Virus record (IMG/VR): IMGVR_UViG_3300017909_001134 | Span: 1 to 42,844 of that record | Strand: one strand, 5' to 3' | DNA: 42,844 nt | Origin: a virus | Lineage: Duplodnaviria; Caudoviricetes | Shown here: in pieces, positions 27,644-37,687 of the stretch | How positions within the stretch are numbered: position 1 is the first letter of the stretch | Layout of the letters: the number at the start of each line of letters is the position of its first letter | Translations under genes and position numbers: made by a program | The notes under the pieces: model-generated | What the model saw: only the letters and a program-made list of their open reading frames with translations | What the model was told of the DNA's origin: nothing | The model's database searches: none

Positions 27644-28072
27644 TTAAGATATAGTGATATGAGCTACATCGTGTGCTGTTGCCTTCGCATAGAAGTTAAC
27701 ACCATCACAAAGAATCTCAACTTGATCGCCTAACTGAGCACCACTGATAAATACTATTTCATCAACAGCAGACTCAGCAGAACTACCAGCTCCACCATCT
27801 GCACCAACTGTCATCCCGACAATAGTATCTTCCGCTGTGTTATTAGCGATTGTAACTGCATTAGCCGCTACCTGAGTTAAGACAAACTTAGCATTCCAAC
27901 CAGAACCAGCATCTGCCGCTAATGGTAAAGTTATTTCGTAAGCAGAGTCCTGCTGTACTCCATAAACCATACCAGAATCAGAAGCAGTTAAGGTTTTAGC
28001 TGAATTGATAATACCAAATTTAGCTTGTGCTCCACTAGCACCACTATTATTATTTAAAGCATCTGCTCTCAT
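27644..28072 (-). CDS. Capsid decoration / head-fibre protein
   Basis: Directly after the MCP; TLTASDSG...ITLPLA...GDQVEILCDG small beta domain. Confidence 0.6.
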   Translation of the reverse strand: MRADALNNNSGASGAQAKFGIINSAKTLTASDSGMVYGVQQDSAYEITLPLAADAGSGWNAKFVLTQVAANAVTIANNTAEDTIVGMTVGADGGAGSSAESAVDEIVFISGAQLGDQVEILCDGVNFYAKATAHDVAHITIS

Positions 28073-28083
28073 TATCTAACTCC

Positions 28084-29457
28084 TTAATCGTTTTCTAGGT
28101 TAAATAAAGCGTGAGACTCAGAAAGACTTACTTCAAGACCTGCTTCAGTTAAGATCATATCTTTTCTTAGATCTTCATCAGCCGCTTGTACGTTAGTCAT
28201 TACTTGTGTATCACGATTAATACCATTACCAATTAAAGGTCTGTAAGATACTTGACTCATATCAGCCATTAGCATAAAACCAGCCGCAATACCTCTAAAT
28301 AAAGGCTCTTTAACTAGGTTTAGTCTTCCATGAATAGTATCAATAACCATTACGCTATGACCAAAAGCACCCTGTCTTTGAGACATATCGTAACGATAGT
28401 TGTTATTAGCATGCCCCATAGAAGCATCAAGGAATTTACCATCACCTAACTTGTTAAAGTATGTGATAACTGGTAGTGAGCAAAGTACTAACTTATCAGA
28501 AGCACCACCACGAGCTGGATCAAAAATAACTTCAAGATCACCAAGTAACCTATCATAAGTCATTTCAGCTTGAGCAACACTTCTATAGTATGAGCTTCCA
28601 GAACTGTAACTAAAATCATCATTATTTACAGTTGGATTTACATTCTTTAGAATGTGCCCTACCAAACCTTCAGTATACTGAATACCACCAGTACGAGCTT
28701 TTTGACCAAAGAGCATAGCTCTTTCAATGTCAATCTTATGCTCACGAAGCTTTGAAGCCCAGATACGACTCCACTCATCGGGATAACCACGATAGCGTGT
28801 AGCGTATGCTGTGTTTGTCATCTCAGCCGCTGTTTTGAAGATTTGAGTATACCCATAGTTGTCTTCTAATTCACTTGACCAAACGTCTGGAGAACCAGAA
28901 CCTTCTTCAAATGAAGTACCAATGATCTGACAAGTATCGTCATCTGCTATTGAATTATATCCAGATACGTTACTATTTGAAAGATCGATTACTTTTCCTG
29001 TGAATGAAGAATCACTAGCTCCATGAGTTACTGCTGAATCAACTCTCACGATAGCGTGACCAATACCAGCATCGCCTGTGCGATCAACTGTTTGAGCCAC
29101 GAAAACCATTCCTTTTAATAAAAATTCTACAGCCGCACCGCCTGAAGTATCTACAGTAAATGAATACGAAGATCCTGCCGCAACAGTACCAACTGCTCCT
29201 TTAATTAGAAAAGAACGATCTGTGAAGCTGATTTTATTCCTATTTTCCAAGTATCTAAATACTGGATCATCTGTTGGTGCTTTAGCAACCTTACTTAGAT
29301 AAACGAAGAATGGTGACTCTTCAGGAGTCAATTCGGCAACTCTGTCACCGAAATTAAAAATTCGTCTTCTATCAGGGGCTTGTCCAACACCAGCAGAGGA
29401 AGTACTAGCAGTAATATCACTGGACTTTAGTGTTCCACTGTTATATGATATTGCCAT
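28084..29457 (-). CDS. Major capsid protein (SU10/DUF5309-like HK97 fold)
   Basis: L.PEESPF, NYGYTQIFKT, HKIDIERAMLFG, ILTEAGLEV; follows the scaffold and portal genes. Confidence 0.85.
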   Translation of the reverse strand: MAISYNSGTLKSSDITASTSSAGVGQAPDRRRIFNFGDRVAELTPEESPFFVYLSKVAKAPTDDPVFRYLENRNKISFTDRSFLIKGAVGTVAAGSSYSFTVDTSGGAAVEFLLKGMVFVAQTVDRTGDAGIGHAIVRVDSAVTHGASDSSFTGKVIDLSNSNVSGYNSIADDDTCQIIGTSFEEGSGSPDVWSSELEDNYGYTQIFKTAAEMTNTAYATRYRGYPDEWSRIWASKLREHKIDIERAMLFGQKARTGGIQYTEGLVGHILKNVNPTVNNDDFSYSSGSSYYRSVAQAEMTYDRLLGDLEVIFDPARGGASDKLVLCSLPVITYFNKLGDGKFLDASMGHANNNYRYDMSQRQGAFGHSVMVIDTIHGRLNLVKEPLFRGIAAGFMLMADMSQVSYRPLIGNGINRDTQVMTNVQAADEDLRKDMILTEAGLEVSLSESHALFNLEND

Positions 29458-29483
29458 TTTTTATACCTCTTAGTATGTGTTTA

Positions 29484-30275
29484 TTATGGTAAAGTAGCTC
29501 CAGAGCCAGAACTCATAATACTATCAAATACTTTATCTGCATCAGTCTTTGGAGACTGAGGAGCTTGTCCTTGAAGTACACCAGCAGTTCTGGGTGCTTG
29601 TTTAGCCGCATTTACCGCTTCCATTGTATCGTTGTTCGCAACAGAAGTACCGTTCTGCATCTGCCAGAGCTTCACTAAGTTATTTAAACCTACTCGCTCC
29701 TTTGGTTGGGTAGTGAACTGCAAGAAGTCTTGGATGTCATTATCTGACAACTTATATGTTCCTCGTAATTCATTTACCGTATTTTGCATTTGCATCTCAG
29801 CCTGCATCTGTTGCTGTTGCTGGGCTAACCTTTCAGATACCAACTGATCAACTTTGCTATTAATCTTTTGATTAACATACTTACCTGATTCAGAGTTATC
29901 ATTTGTAAAGGCATCCCAAGGATTGAAGTCATCAACAGCGGGAGCTACTTCTTGGGTGCTCTGGTTTTGACCCTGTGGGTTAGCTATACCGTCTTCAAGA
30001 GTTTTTACAAGATCAGGTCTTTGCTCTAGTAATTGAAGTAGTTGAGCACCTTGTTGCAACTTTGCATTTTCGGCTTGAGCACGATCATACATAGATTGAA
30101 ACTTCTTTGCTTCTGCTTCGTAATCTACAGCATGGGCTTGTTCCTGAAACTCCTGTTGATTTGTATCCACCTCTTCTTGGATGGACTGTTCATTGACGAT
30201 ATCTTCCACGAAGGCTTCATTACCGCCTTGTATTCCGCTTTCGATACTTGTTTCCTGTTGTTCTAATGTAGACAT
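29484..30275 (-). CDS. Capsid scaffolding protein
   Basis: Acidic, Gln-rich coiled coil between portal and MCP. Confidence 0.75.
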   Translation of the reverse strand: MSTLEQQETSIESGIQGGNEAFVEDIVNEQSIQEEVDTNQQEFQEQAHAVDYEAEAKKFQSMYDRAQAENAKLQQGAQLLQLLEQRPDLVKTLEDGIANPQGQNQSTQEVAPAVDDFNPWDAFTNDNSESGKYVNQKINSKVDQLVSERLAQQQQQMQAEMQMQNTVNELRGTYKLSDNDIQDFLQFTTQPKERVGLNNLVKLWQMQNGTSVANNDTMEAVNAAKQAPRTAGVLQGQAPQSPKTDADKVFDSIMSSGSGATLP

Positions 30276-30296
30276 ATATTCTCCTTAGATGTCTCG

Positions 30297-32327
30297 TTAG
30301 GCTTTCGGAGCTGAACTAACTTCTCTCTGAACATCTTTCAGATTACCAGCTAATTTCTCCACCTCGAGCTTCACCTCGTTTTCTAGTTTGCTACGTTGTA
30401 CCCTTCTATCGGCTTTAGATTCAGAATTGATCTCGTTAAGTCTAGATTTAAACTTCTCGACCTCAACTCTTTTCCTATCACTGACAGACTCTCTTTGGGC
30501 TGTCTGCAAGTCACCTTGCAAATTCTTTATCTGTTCTTGCATAGCCTGCATTTGTTGTTGCATTAATTGCTTCTCTTCAGTTCTACGCATTACACCTTCC
30601 TTATCAAATATTTCTGGATTCTTTTTAAGAACCTCATAGCGATCCACAATGCCCATTTGAAATGCTTCAAGATATACAGAAAGTTCTGCATATTTATTAG
30701 AAGGCATAGTAGAGCCGGATTCGATTCTAATATCGTGTTGATCAAGTAAGTGCCTATCTTTTTTAAGGTCTAAAACTGCACCACTTACATCTGTATAAAA
30801 ATTAGCCATGACCTCAGTAATATTATTATTAGGTTGAGCTAACTTAAAAATCTTCTTATAAGTGTAATGTCCTTTAGATAAATTATAAAGAACCTTACCA
30901 AGTTTGTTAATACTAAATTCAACATCTCTTAATTTAGATTTAGGTCTTTCACTACCTAGTGCAATCATTCTCTCTGTCGCTCTGACTGTCTCAGGAGCTT
31001 TATCAGCAAAGCCATGCATCATTTCTGGCAGACCAAAGATAAAATCTATGTAAAACTCTGACTGTTGTATCAATCTATAGAACTCCCCAGCTAATGGTTG
31101 TGGTGCTGGATAATGTGGTTCACCCTGTGATGAATCAACTTCTATTACTGCATTTGGATTTGCCCAATCTTTTTCTAATTGATCAATATCATCTACACTA
31201 CCTAATGGTACTAGAAGTTTTAGTCCCGCAGATGCTTGGGCATGTGAAAGGGCTAAAGACCAAAGCTTGTTTAATAATCTCTGCATTGGTCTAGCTCTGG
31301 ATACATCGCTCTTGGGATATGGGGTAGATGTCCAGATATTCGGTAGCGGGACTATAGGATACTCGTCAGTATTTAAAATCTGTTCATACAATACTACTTC
31401 ACCTAAACTAGCACAAACTTTTACCCTAGTCTGTAATACCTGTATTGCTGTAAATGCACCTATCTCCATTGCTTCAGAGTTTTCAAATGCAAATTTTTCA
31501 TATTCTTCTTGAGATAGTATCTCTTCTTCTTGAGATTGCATATCTATTACTCTGTAAAAAGGAACTTTTATTTTATAAAAGCGTTCTAGTATCTGATACT
31601 TTTGAACTTCAAAATAATCTTTATCTTTTACTTCTGATGGAGTAAACACATTCATTGAATTTCTATTTTGAGAAGATGGATAATCTTCTTCATCGTATGT
31701 AAAACCAGATAACTCTCTTATTAGTCCGGGTATCTCTTCTCCAGTTGCTGGATCTACACTATCATTTAATTCAGGGTAGAGGTTGACGACTTGTTCACCA
31801 GTAAGGATGGTAGAAAGGATAAGACCATCCGAGTCACTGAACCACCGATCTCTTGAGCTGGGAGATGCGTAAACCCTAAAAGGATCTAAATAAGTAAACT
31901 TGACATCACCTCTACCGAAATCTGATTCTCTATCGATATAAGCATACATATAACCCATACCAGTAACAGCATAGTCTTGTATTGCTTGTTTCATTTGCCA
32001 GTCACCATCAGAGTTTTGCCATATATACCCCATGATAGTTCTCCATAAGTTGGCTACCTGTACATCAGAATCTTCTCTGGGTACGATTGTAAATGCTGGA
32101 GCTCTAGATGTTAATACTGCTTTAAACTTTTCTATTGCTGAAGATACCCTGTCCATAGGTATATCAGCTTGATTACGTTGTGCTAATTCATCAGACTCAT
32201 CATTGGTAAAGTGATTACCAAGATAAAAGTCTATATCTTTCCTAGCTTCTGTATCCCATTCAGAACGAGCATCTCGCCATTGGCGATACAACTCATCGTT
32301 TTGTTTTGCTCTTGGATCTTGATCCAT
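30297..32327 (-). CDS. Portal protein (P22-like, with C-terminal helical barrel)
   Basis: FYLGNHF, G.GYM, DPFRVY..P, YPIVP, ARPMQRLLNK and a C-terminal coiled coil; 676 aa. Confidence 0.85.
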   Translation of the reverse strand: MDQDPRAKQNDELYRQWRDARSEWDTEARKDIDFYLGNHFTNDESDELAQRNQADIPMDRVSSAIEKFKAVLTSRAPAFTIVPREDSDVQVANLWRTIMGYIWQNSDGDWQMKQAIQDYAVTGMGYMYAYIDRESDFGRGDVKFTYLDPFRVYASPSSRDRWFSDSDGLILSTILTGEQVVNLYPELNDSVDPATGEEIPGLIRELSGFTYDEEDYPSSQNRNSMNVFTPSEVKDKDYFEVQKYQILERFYKIKVPFYRVIDMQSQEEEILSQEEYEKFAFENSEAMEIGAFTAIQVLQTRVKVCASLGEVVLYEQILNTDEYPIVPLPNIWTSTPYPKSDVSRARPMQRLLNKLWSLALSHAQASAGLKLLVPLGSVDDIDQLEKDWANPNAVIEVDSSQGEPHYPAPQPLAGEFYRLIQQSEFYIDFIFGLPEMMHGFADKAPETVRATERMIALGSERPKSKLRDVEFSINKLGKVLYNLSKGHYTYKKIFKLAQPNNNITEVMANFYTDVSGAVLDLKKDRHLLDQHDIRIESGSTMPSNKYAELSVYLEAFQMGIVDRYEVLKKNPEIFDKEGVMRRTEEKQLMQQQMQAMQEQIKNLQGDLQTAQRESVSDRKRVEVEKFKSRLNEINSESKADRRVQRSKLENEVKLEVEKLAGNLKDVQREVSSAPKA

Positions 32328-33463
32328 TAAAGACCCATACCTCTATTTCTAAACATTGGAGAACTAGGAATAAAACCAGAAGTATCTGCTGGTAATCTCT
32401 CTATCCTACCGCTATCTAACTGCATTAAAGAATCTAATATTTTGCTTTGTAGTGAATCTAACCTAAGCTTCTCAAAAAAGTTTTTTCCTTTTTGTCTAAG
32501 AAGTTCAGCATCTTCCATATCTAATACTTCTCTTTCATCTCTAATAATTCTCATCATATCACCTTGCTCCATACCACTTGGTATTGGTGACATCATTTCA
32601 CCAGAGCTTGGAGGTCTTTGATCAAAAGGTACGAAAGGATTAGCTTGCTGTGCTTGCAAAGACTGTAAGTACTCTAGCATCATAGCATCATCTTGAACTG
32701 CACCACCTTCTTGATAGCCGTACTTCTTTTTCTTTTTAGCCATACCACCTTTCATCATACCTAATAATCCACCATCCTCCATACCGAGTGGGCTCATCCT
32801 AGGAGTAAAATTTTGTTGCTCCTCAGTAGACAAAGAATCTCCAGATATTATTCTTCTTAACAACTCAGATTGAACTTCAGTTGGTATGCCCATTGGTTTT
32901 TCCATTTTAGGTGTAAGCATTGATCTTTCTTTATCTGATATATCTAAACCAGATATTATTTTTCTAACTACCTCTGCTTGATCTTCATCAAAAGTACCCA
33001 TTAAGTTACTTGCTTTCATAGGCATTAATTTTTTTAATTCATTTAAGTTATACATTGAATTAACAGAACCGCCATCTTGCATGTAACCCATTTTATTTCT
33101 AACAGCTTCAGGTAGTTTAGCAAGTCCGGGATTATCTTTTGGTATTGGCTTTAGATTACCATGAGCCTCACCACCATGTTCATAACCCATCATCATTTGA
33201 TTCTTTACTTTACCACCATGACCATACATATCAACTTTACCACCATGTTTATAAGCCATTACTTTACCGCCACCATACATGCCAGTCATATTTTTTAGTG
33301 TAGCCTGTGCTATCAGTCTATCTATCTCAGAATGACCACCAGCTTCAGGCATATCATTTAATTTTTCCAAAATGGGTACTCCTATCATGTCCACAGCTTC
33401 TTTGCGAATCACAAATTCACCGGGAGTTAACATTGCTTTAACTGTGTCTGTCGTACCCGGCAT
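32327..33463 (-). CDS. Met/Gly-rich virion-associated protein with a tape-measure-C-terminus-like N-terminal domain and [YM]xxGG repeats
   Basis: TDTVKAMLTPGEFVIRKEAVDMIG; eight [YM]xxGG motifs. Confidence 0.6.
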   Translation of the reverse strand: MPGTTDTVKAMLTPGEFVIRKEAVDMIGVPILEKLNDMPEAGGHSEIDRLIAQATLKNMTGMYGGGKVMAYKHGGKVDMYGHGGKVKNQMMMGYEHGGEAHGNLKPIPKDNPGLAKLPEAVRNKMGYMQDGGSVNSMYNLNELKKLMPMKASNLMGTFDEDQAEVVRKIISGLDISDKERSMLTPKMEKPMGIPTEVQSELLRRIISGDSLSTEEQQNFTPRMSPLGMEDGGLLGMMKGGMAKKKKKYGYQEGGAVQDDAMMLEYLQSLQAQQANPFVPFDQRPPSSGEMMSPIPSGMEQGDMMRIIRDEREVLDMEDAELLRQKGKNFFEKLRLDSLQSKILDSLMQLDSGRIERLPADTSGFIPSSPMFRNRGMGL

Positions 33464-33855
33464 TAGTCTCTAATCTCAAAGTGAGGAAAATCATCGAAAC
33501 GATTGTCCATTACGTTAAAATCCATATCCCAGTCACCGCCCCATCTCACATTATAGCCCATGCTCCTAGCCACCCCAATAACAAAACCAGCAAAGAGGGT
33601 CTGTCTTTCCCTGTCCTTCCAATCCACAGGGTATGGAGTAACATCACAGGCTTTAGAAGGGTTAGAGTTATGACGACCATTAGGATACTTGACCTTAGTA
33701 CGACCTTCATCATATAATTTATTTTGCCTTTCTTTGCTTCTATGTCCTTCTAGAATAGAACAGTCCACATGTTTGATTACTTCATTGAATACTTCCTGTA
33801 AACGCTCATCACAGGTAGCTAATCTAGATTTTGATCTTTTAGAATATCTCGGCAT
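33463..33855 (-). CDS. Endolysin, peptidase M15 family (L-Ala-D-Glu peptidase, T5-like)
   Basis: EGHRSKERQ, GRHN...ACD, WGGDW, DFPHFE zinc motifs. Confidence 0.9.
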   Translation of the reverse strand: MPRYSKRSKSRLATCDERLQEVFNEVIKHVDCSILEGHRSKERQNKLYDEGRTKVKYPNGRHNSNPSKACDVTPYPVDWKDRERQTLFAGFVIGVARSMGYNVRWGGDWDMDFNVMDNRFDDFPHFEIRD

Positions 33856-33860
33856 GTGAA

Positions 33861-33892
33861 TTTGAATTTAAATATAAGTTATACATAAACAA
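33861..33892 (-). promoter_or_regulatory. Late-type promoter TTGTTT-N16-TAAATT (TTATATTTAAATTCAAA)
   Basis: 17-mer shared with the sites near 14696 and 37688. Confidence 0.6.
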
Positions 33893-33909
33893 AAGACAAT
33901 TAATATTTT

Positions 33910-35502
33910 TTATGCACGAGATCCAGTCATCCAGTTATAAGCTTTCTTTTTAATTCTTCTAACAGGACTAGCCTCTTCATTTAGTAATGATTCTCGTTTA
34001 GTTCTTGTACTCTTAGGAGCTTTGGCAAAGTAGTCTGCATAATACAACGCATCCATGACATCATCGTTTCTAGGCTTAGGATGTTCAAAAAACTCATCTA
34101 CTAGTTCTGTCATTTCTCTTCTAATGTAAAGCTTTTTAGAATTAACGATAACTCCTAAGCTTGTTTCAAGCCTATCTTGCTTTTTTATCCTAGCGGGTGG
34201 CTTAACCCCCTTGAAGATTCCGGGCATCAGTCTTTTCTCACTAGCAGACATTCTTGTTACCATATCTCTAACCATTTCTTGTGCCGCTACTGTCTCTATG
34301 GTTACTCTCCTTACAGGATTGTACTTGTTTGCTAATCTTATTATTTCCCTTGGTATATCAAATGTAGGTATTCTTTCTCTAAAGTATTCTAAGACATAAC
34401 GGTTATTATTAGAATCTATTGCCATAACCAGTATTACTTGATAATCTGATGTCTCTGATGCTGTAGCCGCTAGGTCAACTCCAATGTAAATGTTTACTGG
34501 TATAGCATCTTCACCATCTATCAGATAGTTAAACTTGTTACGACACTCTACCTGTCCATTAAAATATTGTATTCTATCTATTTTAAATGCGGCATTGGAT
34601 ATATCCCTAGCATCGTTCATATACTCCTGTGCAAATTTGTTTACCAAACCAGCTTCGATAAACTCTCTTTTCTTTGCTTCTAACTTTTTTAAGGAGAATT
34701 GCTCTTTCCAAATAGACTTACCATCTTCTATTGCCCTTTTAAATGTTACCTTCCAAGGATACTCCCTACCCTCTTCTTCCGCTTTACGACTACCATCTAC
34801 AACAGTTTGTAAGAAACTATCAAAGTGAACTATTGTGCCTGCTAACCATATCCACCCTTCTCTACCGGGTGTTTCTTCTAATGCTGGATATACTGTGGAT
34901 ACGATCCATTTCTTGATATCTGCTCTACGCTCTGGTGTTTTTGTATTTAATTCTGATTCAAAGTCATCTAAGATAATGCCAGTATAACGAACATCTACCT
35001 CTGCACGACCTCTAAGTCTCTGAGAAGTTCCTTTTGCTATTAATCTATCCCCTTTGGGAGTTACGATATCTTTTTCAGTCCAACGCTTCCCAGCCGCTCC
35101 TCCATCTAGATTCCCAAAGTAGTAACGAAGTCTTTTGTTCATTTCAAAATGATTACGCAAATACTTTAAATGATCAATAGACTGACTTTGTTCTTCCGAT
35201 ACCCAAGCAATAAAGTGTTGTTCGTCTTCTCTGGCAAATACTAGCTTATGCATGATAGCGGCTTTGGATAGTATAGACTTACCAAACCCTCTAGGCATGA
35301 TAATACAACTACGACTACCGGGTTTAGATGATATCAACTTATCTGCTACATCAAAATGAAATGGTGGAGATGCAGACTTTTTAAGAAAGTCATTTGGTAA
35401 AAAAGCCCTACCAAAGTAAATAAGACTTTTATAGGACTTAGCTAGTACCTCATCCCGCTCTTTCATTTCAGATGGGGATGGATTAATATTAAAATTGTCC
35501 AT
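33910..35502 (-). CDS. terL: Terminase large subunit
   Basis: Walker A PRGFGKS, Walker B IILDDFE, GT motif III, RNase H-like GVDLA and DDVMDA. Confidence 0.95.
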   Translation of the reverse strand: MDNFNINPSPSEMKERDEVLAKSYKSLIYFGRAFLPNDFLKKSASPPFHFDVADKLISSKPGSRSCIIMPRGFGKSILSKAAIMHKLVFAREDEQHFIAWVSEEQSQSIDHLKYLRNHFEMNKRLRYYFGNLDGGAAGKRWTEKDIVTPKGDRLIAKGTSQRLRGRAEVDVRYTGIILDDFESELNTKTPERRADIKKWIVSTVYPALEETPGREGWIWLAGTIVHFDSFLQTVVDGSRKAEEEGREYPWKVTFKRAIEDGKSIWKEQFSLKKLEAKKREFIEAGLVNKFAQEYMNDARDISNAAFKIDRIQYFNGQVECRNKFNYLIDGEDAIPVNIYIGVDLAATASETSDYQVILVMAIDSNNNRYVLEYFRERIPTFDIPREIIRLANKYNPVRRVTIETVAAQEMVRDMVTRMSASEKRLMPGIFKGVKPPARIKKQDRLETSLGVIVNSKKLYIRREMTELVDEFFEHPKPRNDDVMDALYYADYFAKAPKSTRTKRESLLNEEASPVRRIKKKAYNWMTGSRA

Positions 35503-35504
35503 TA

Positions 35505-36554
35505 TTATGGTTTATCAATCATAACTGCTTTTTGTAAATTTTCATCCCACACTTTTATTTTTGTTGGTTTATTGATTTTAAAAGGATTGTATTTATACGT
35601 TGGTGCTGACATCAATTTTTTTAACGCTTTAAGTCTATTAGGGTTGTTTTTAGTATACATATCTATTAAATATGGTTCTACTTTTTTTAATGTACTACGA
35701 ACTTGCTCACTCATTACAACTGGTAACTGTGTAGATTTTTGATTTATATCCAAAACAGTATCTATTAAATTTTGTAATTCTGGTTGAGGTCTTTTTGCTC
35801 CAAACACTCCCTTTCCAAGAGCAGGTTTCCATGTACTAAAGTTTGTAGGTGTTTTAGCAAAATCCATTAGCTTTATATTTTTAATTGGTAAGTTACCTAA
35901 TATTCTTTCTTCAAATTCAAAACGAGGATTCATCTGTTCTGGATATTTGCCATATATTTTTTTGTAATATTCTGGATTTTTTACGCTTTGTACAGTTGGA
36001 TCTATTTTTTTAACAAAAGGAAAATCAGCATCTGTAGTAAGACTTTTTCTAAATCTACCTTCAGTAATAGGTTTTATTTTATAACCTTTTCTGATTAATT
36101 CATCCCTGTCCATAATAAATCTTACATCAGTTCCTATATTAAAATGAGATCTAGATAAAAACATAGGATCTCTAGTTACAGAAAAGGGTTTTTTGCGTGC
36201 TACATCTTCATAACCTTTTCCCATTTGAAGTGCGTAAGACGGTTTTATTTTTCCAGTTTTTAATATTTTTTCAGCTTTAGGTATATTTGTGTGATGATAA
36301 ATAGGATTTCTAAGATTAATCTTTTTCAATAATTTCATTAAAGATGGAATCTTTTTAGCCGCTAGTAATGGATTTAATGCTATATCTGGAGCTGTACCAG
36401 TAATTGGTTGTGGCTGTTTATAAGCAAGCATAGAATACTGTTTTAACTTACTATCCATCTCTGCTTTCATTATCAAATCATTGATATTATTATGAACATC
36501 AGTTGATACAGGATTAGCTGTAGCCATGTTTAATAATGAGTTGTTTTGTGTCAT
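35505..36554 (-). CDS. Putative ADP-ribosyltransferase-fold protein with low-complexity N-terminal leader
   Basis: IYHHT...ILKTGKIKPS...FSVTRD...EFEERI ordered like ART catalytic strands. Confidence 0.5.
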   Translation of the reverse strand: MTQNNSLLNMATANPVSTDVHNNINDLIMKAEMDSKLKQYSMLAYKQPQPITGTAPDIALNPLLAAKKIPSLMKLLKKINLRNPIYHHTNIPKAEKILKTGKIKPSYALQMGKGYEDVARKKPFSVTRDPMFLSRSHFNIGTDVRFIMDRDELIRKGYKIKPITEGRFRKSLTTDADFPFVKKIDPTVQSVKNPEYYKKIYGKYPEQMNPRFEFEERILGNLPIKNIKLMDFAKTPTNFSTWKPALGKGVFGAKRPQPELQNLIDTVLDINQKSTQLPVVMSEQVRSTLKKVEPYLIDMYTKNNPNRLKALKKLMSAPTYKYNPFKINKPTKIKVWDENLQKAVMIDKP

Positions 36555-36561
36555 ATTTACG

Positions 36562-36705
36562 TTATTTAGCCTTTTTATACTTAAAACTTATATCATATAG
36601 CCTATTACCTAAAAGTATTGTTTTAGGGCTAGTATAACTCCAAATAGAGCTAGTTTGTGTATTCCAGTAAGTATCGTTTACTAATACTGATTTAACTACC
36701 ACTAG
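36562..36705 (-). CDS. Small hypothetical protein (probable GTG start near 36705)
   Basis: Fills the gap between TerS and the ART-like gene. Confidence 0.4.
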   Translation of the reverse strand, partial: LVVVKSVLVNDTYWNTQTSSIWSYTSPKTILLGNRLYDISFKYKKAK

Positions 36706-37450
36706 TAAGTTCTTTCTTTTTTTCAGATAGCATGCCCTGCTCAAATGCCTTTAACTTCTCTTTGCTAAAGCCAGTAAACTCTTGTATCAGTGCAATAGAC
36801 TCTGATTTTTTTTCTGTATTCAGCATACCTGATATCTTCATCAATGTTTCTAATGCTCTAAGCTTATCGTTATCTTTGGCATCTACTTTATCTACGACAT
36901 CCTTGGTACTTTCTAATAAGTATCTTTTGGTAATACCAACTTCTGACATTAGTTCTTCTATTTCTTTATCCACTTGTTCCCTCACTGTTTTACTTTTTAA
37001 TAATAGTTTTGATTTACGTCTAGCATCATCAGAGTTTGATGTTTTAGGATATGCTTTGATATACGCACTCTCTGGATCTAAACCCATTGCAATGTATTTA
37101 GAGAATATCTTTTTTTGTTTGGTCATACCGCCATGTAATCTAGAATCATAGTTATCTTTTTTTACAAAACGATAAATACTATCAGTTATTTCTCCTTTTA
37201 AGGTGCTGGTATTTCTTATAGTGACCATTCCAATAACAGTTCGCACATAATCTACTTTTATTCTATTTCCTTTCATTGCATCTTTTTTTAGTATCTGCAC
37301 TATCTTACCATCATCTGCAATACACCACTGCCCTTCTTTGGCTTCTTTCCAGTTCTTAATTAGTTTTTCAGTAGGATGTACTGTACGAAACTCCAGCTCG
37401 CTTTCGTAAGCATAGTGCGTGACTCCCTTTATCTTTCTTGATAGTGCCAC
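36692..37450 (-). CDS. terS: Terminase small subunit with N-terminal extension
   Basis: TKQKKIFSKYI...AYIKAYP HTH, and DKLRALETLMKISGM oligomerisation helix. Confidence 0.75.
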   Translation of the reverse strand: MALSRKIKGVTHYAYESELEFRTVHPTEKLIKNWKEAKEGQWCIADDGKIVQILKKDAMKGNRIKVDYVRTVIGMVTIRNTSTLKGEITDSIYRFVKKDNYDSRLHGGMTKQKKIFSKYIAMGLDPESAYIKAYPKTSNSDDARRKSKLLLKSKTVREQVDKEIEELMSEVGITKRYLLESTKDVVDKVDAKDNDKLRALETLMKISGMLNTEKKSESIALIQEFTGFSKEKLKAFEQGMLSEKKKELTSGS

Positions 37451-37686
37451 TAGTTGGGGTTGTTTAAGCTATACTCGTCTATTTCTATTAATTCTAACTC
37501 AGGCATGTTGTTTACCCGGTATACTAACTCTGCTATTAAACTAATATCTCTAGACCGAGGTTCAATAAGATCTAGGATCTTTAACTGGCTGGATATCTGC
37601 TTACATCTTTCAATGTTAGTGAATACATCCTTGATCTCATAGTCACCTACTAAAGCTTTTTCAAACATTGTTTTTTCTCTTTCCAT
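37450..37686 (-). CDS. Hypothetical protein; first late gene (start probably 37686 or the next ATG)
   Basis: Coupled to TerS. The ORF-track TTG start lies inside the promoter motif. Confidence 0.55.
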   Translation of the reverse strand: MEREKTMFEKALVGDYEIKDVFTNIERCKQISSQLKILDLIEPRSRDISLIAELVYRVNNMPELELIEIDEYSLNNPN

Positions 37687-37687
37687 A

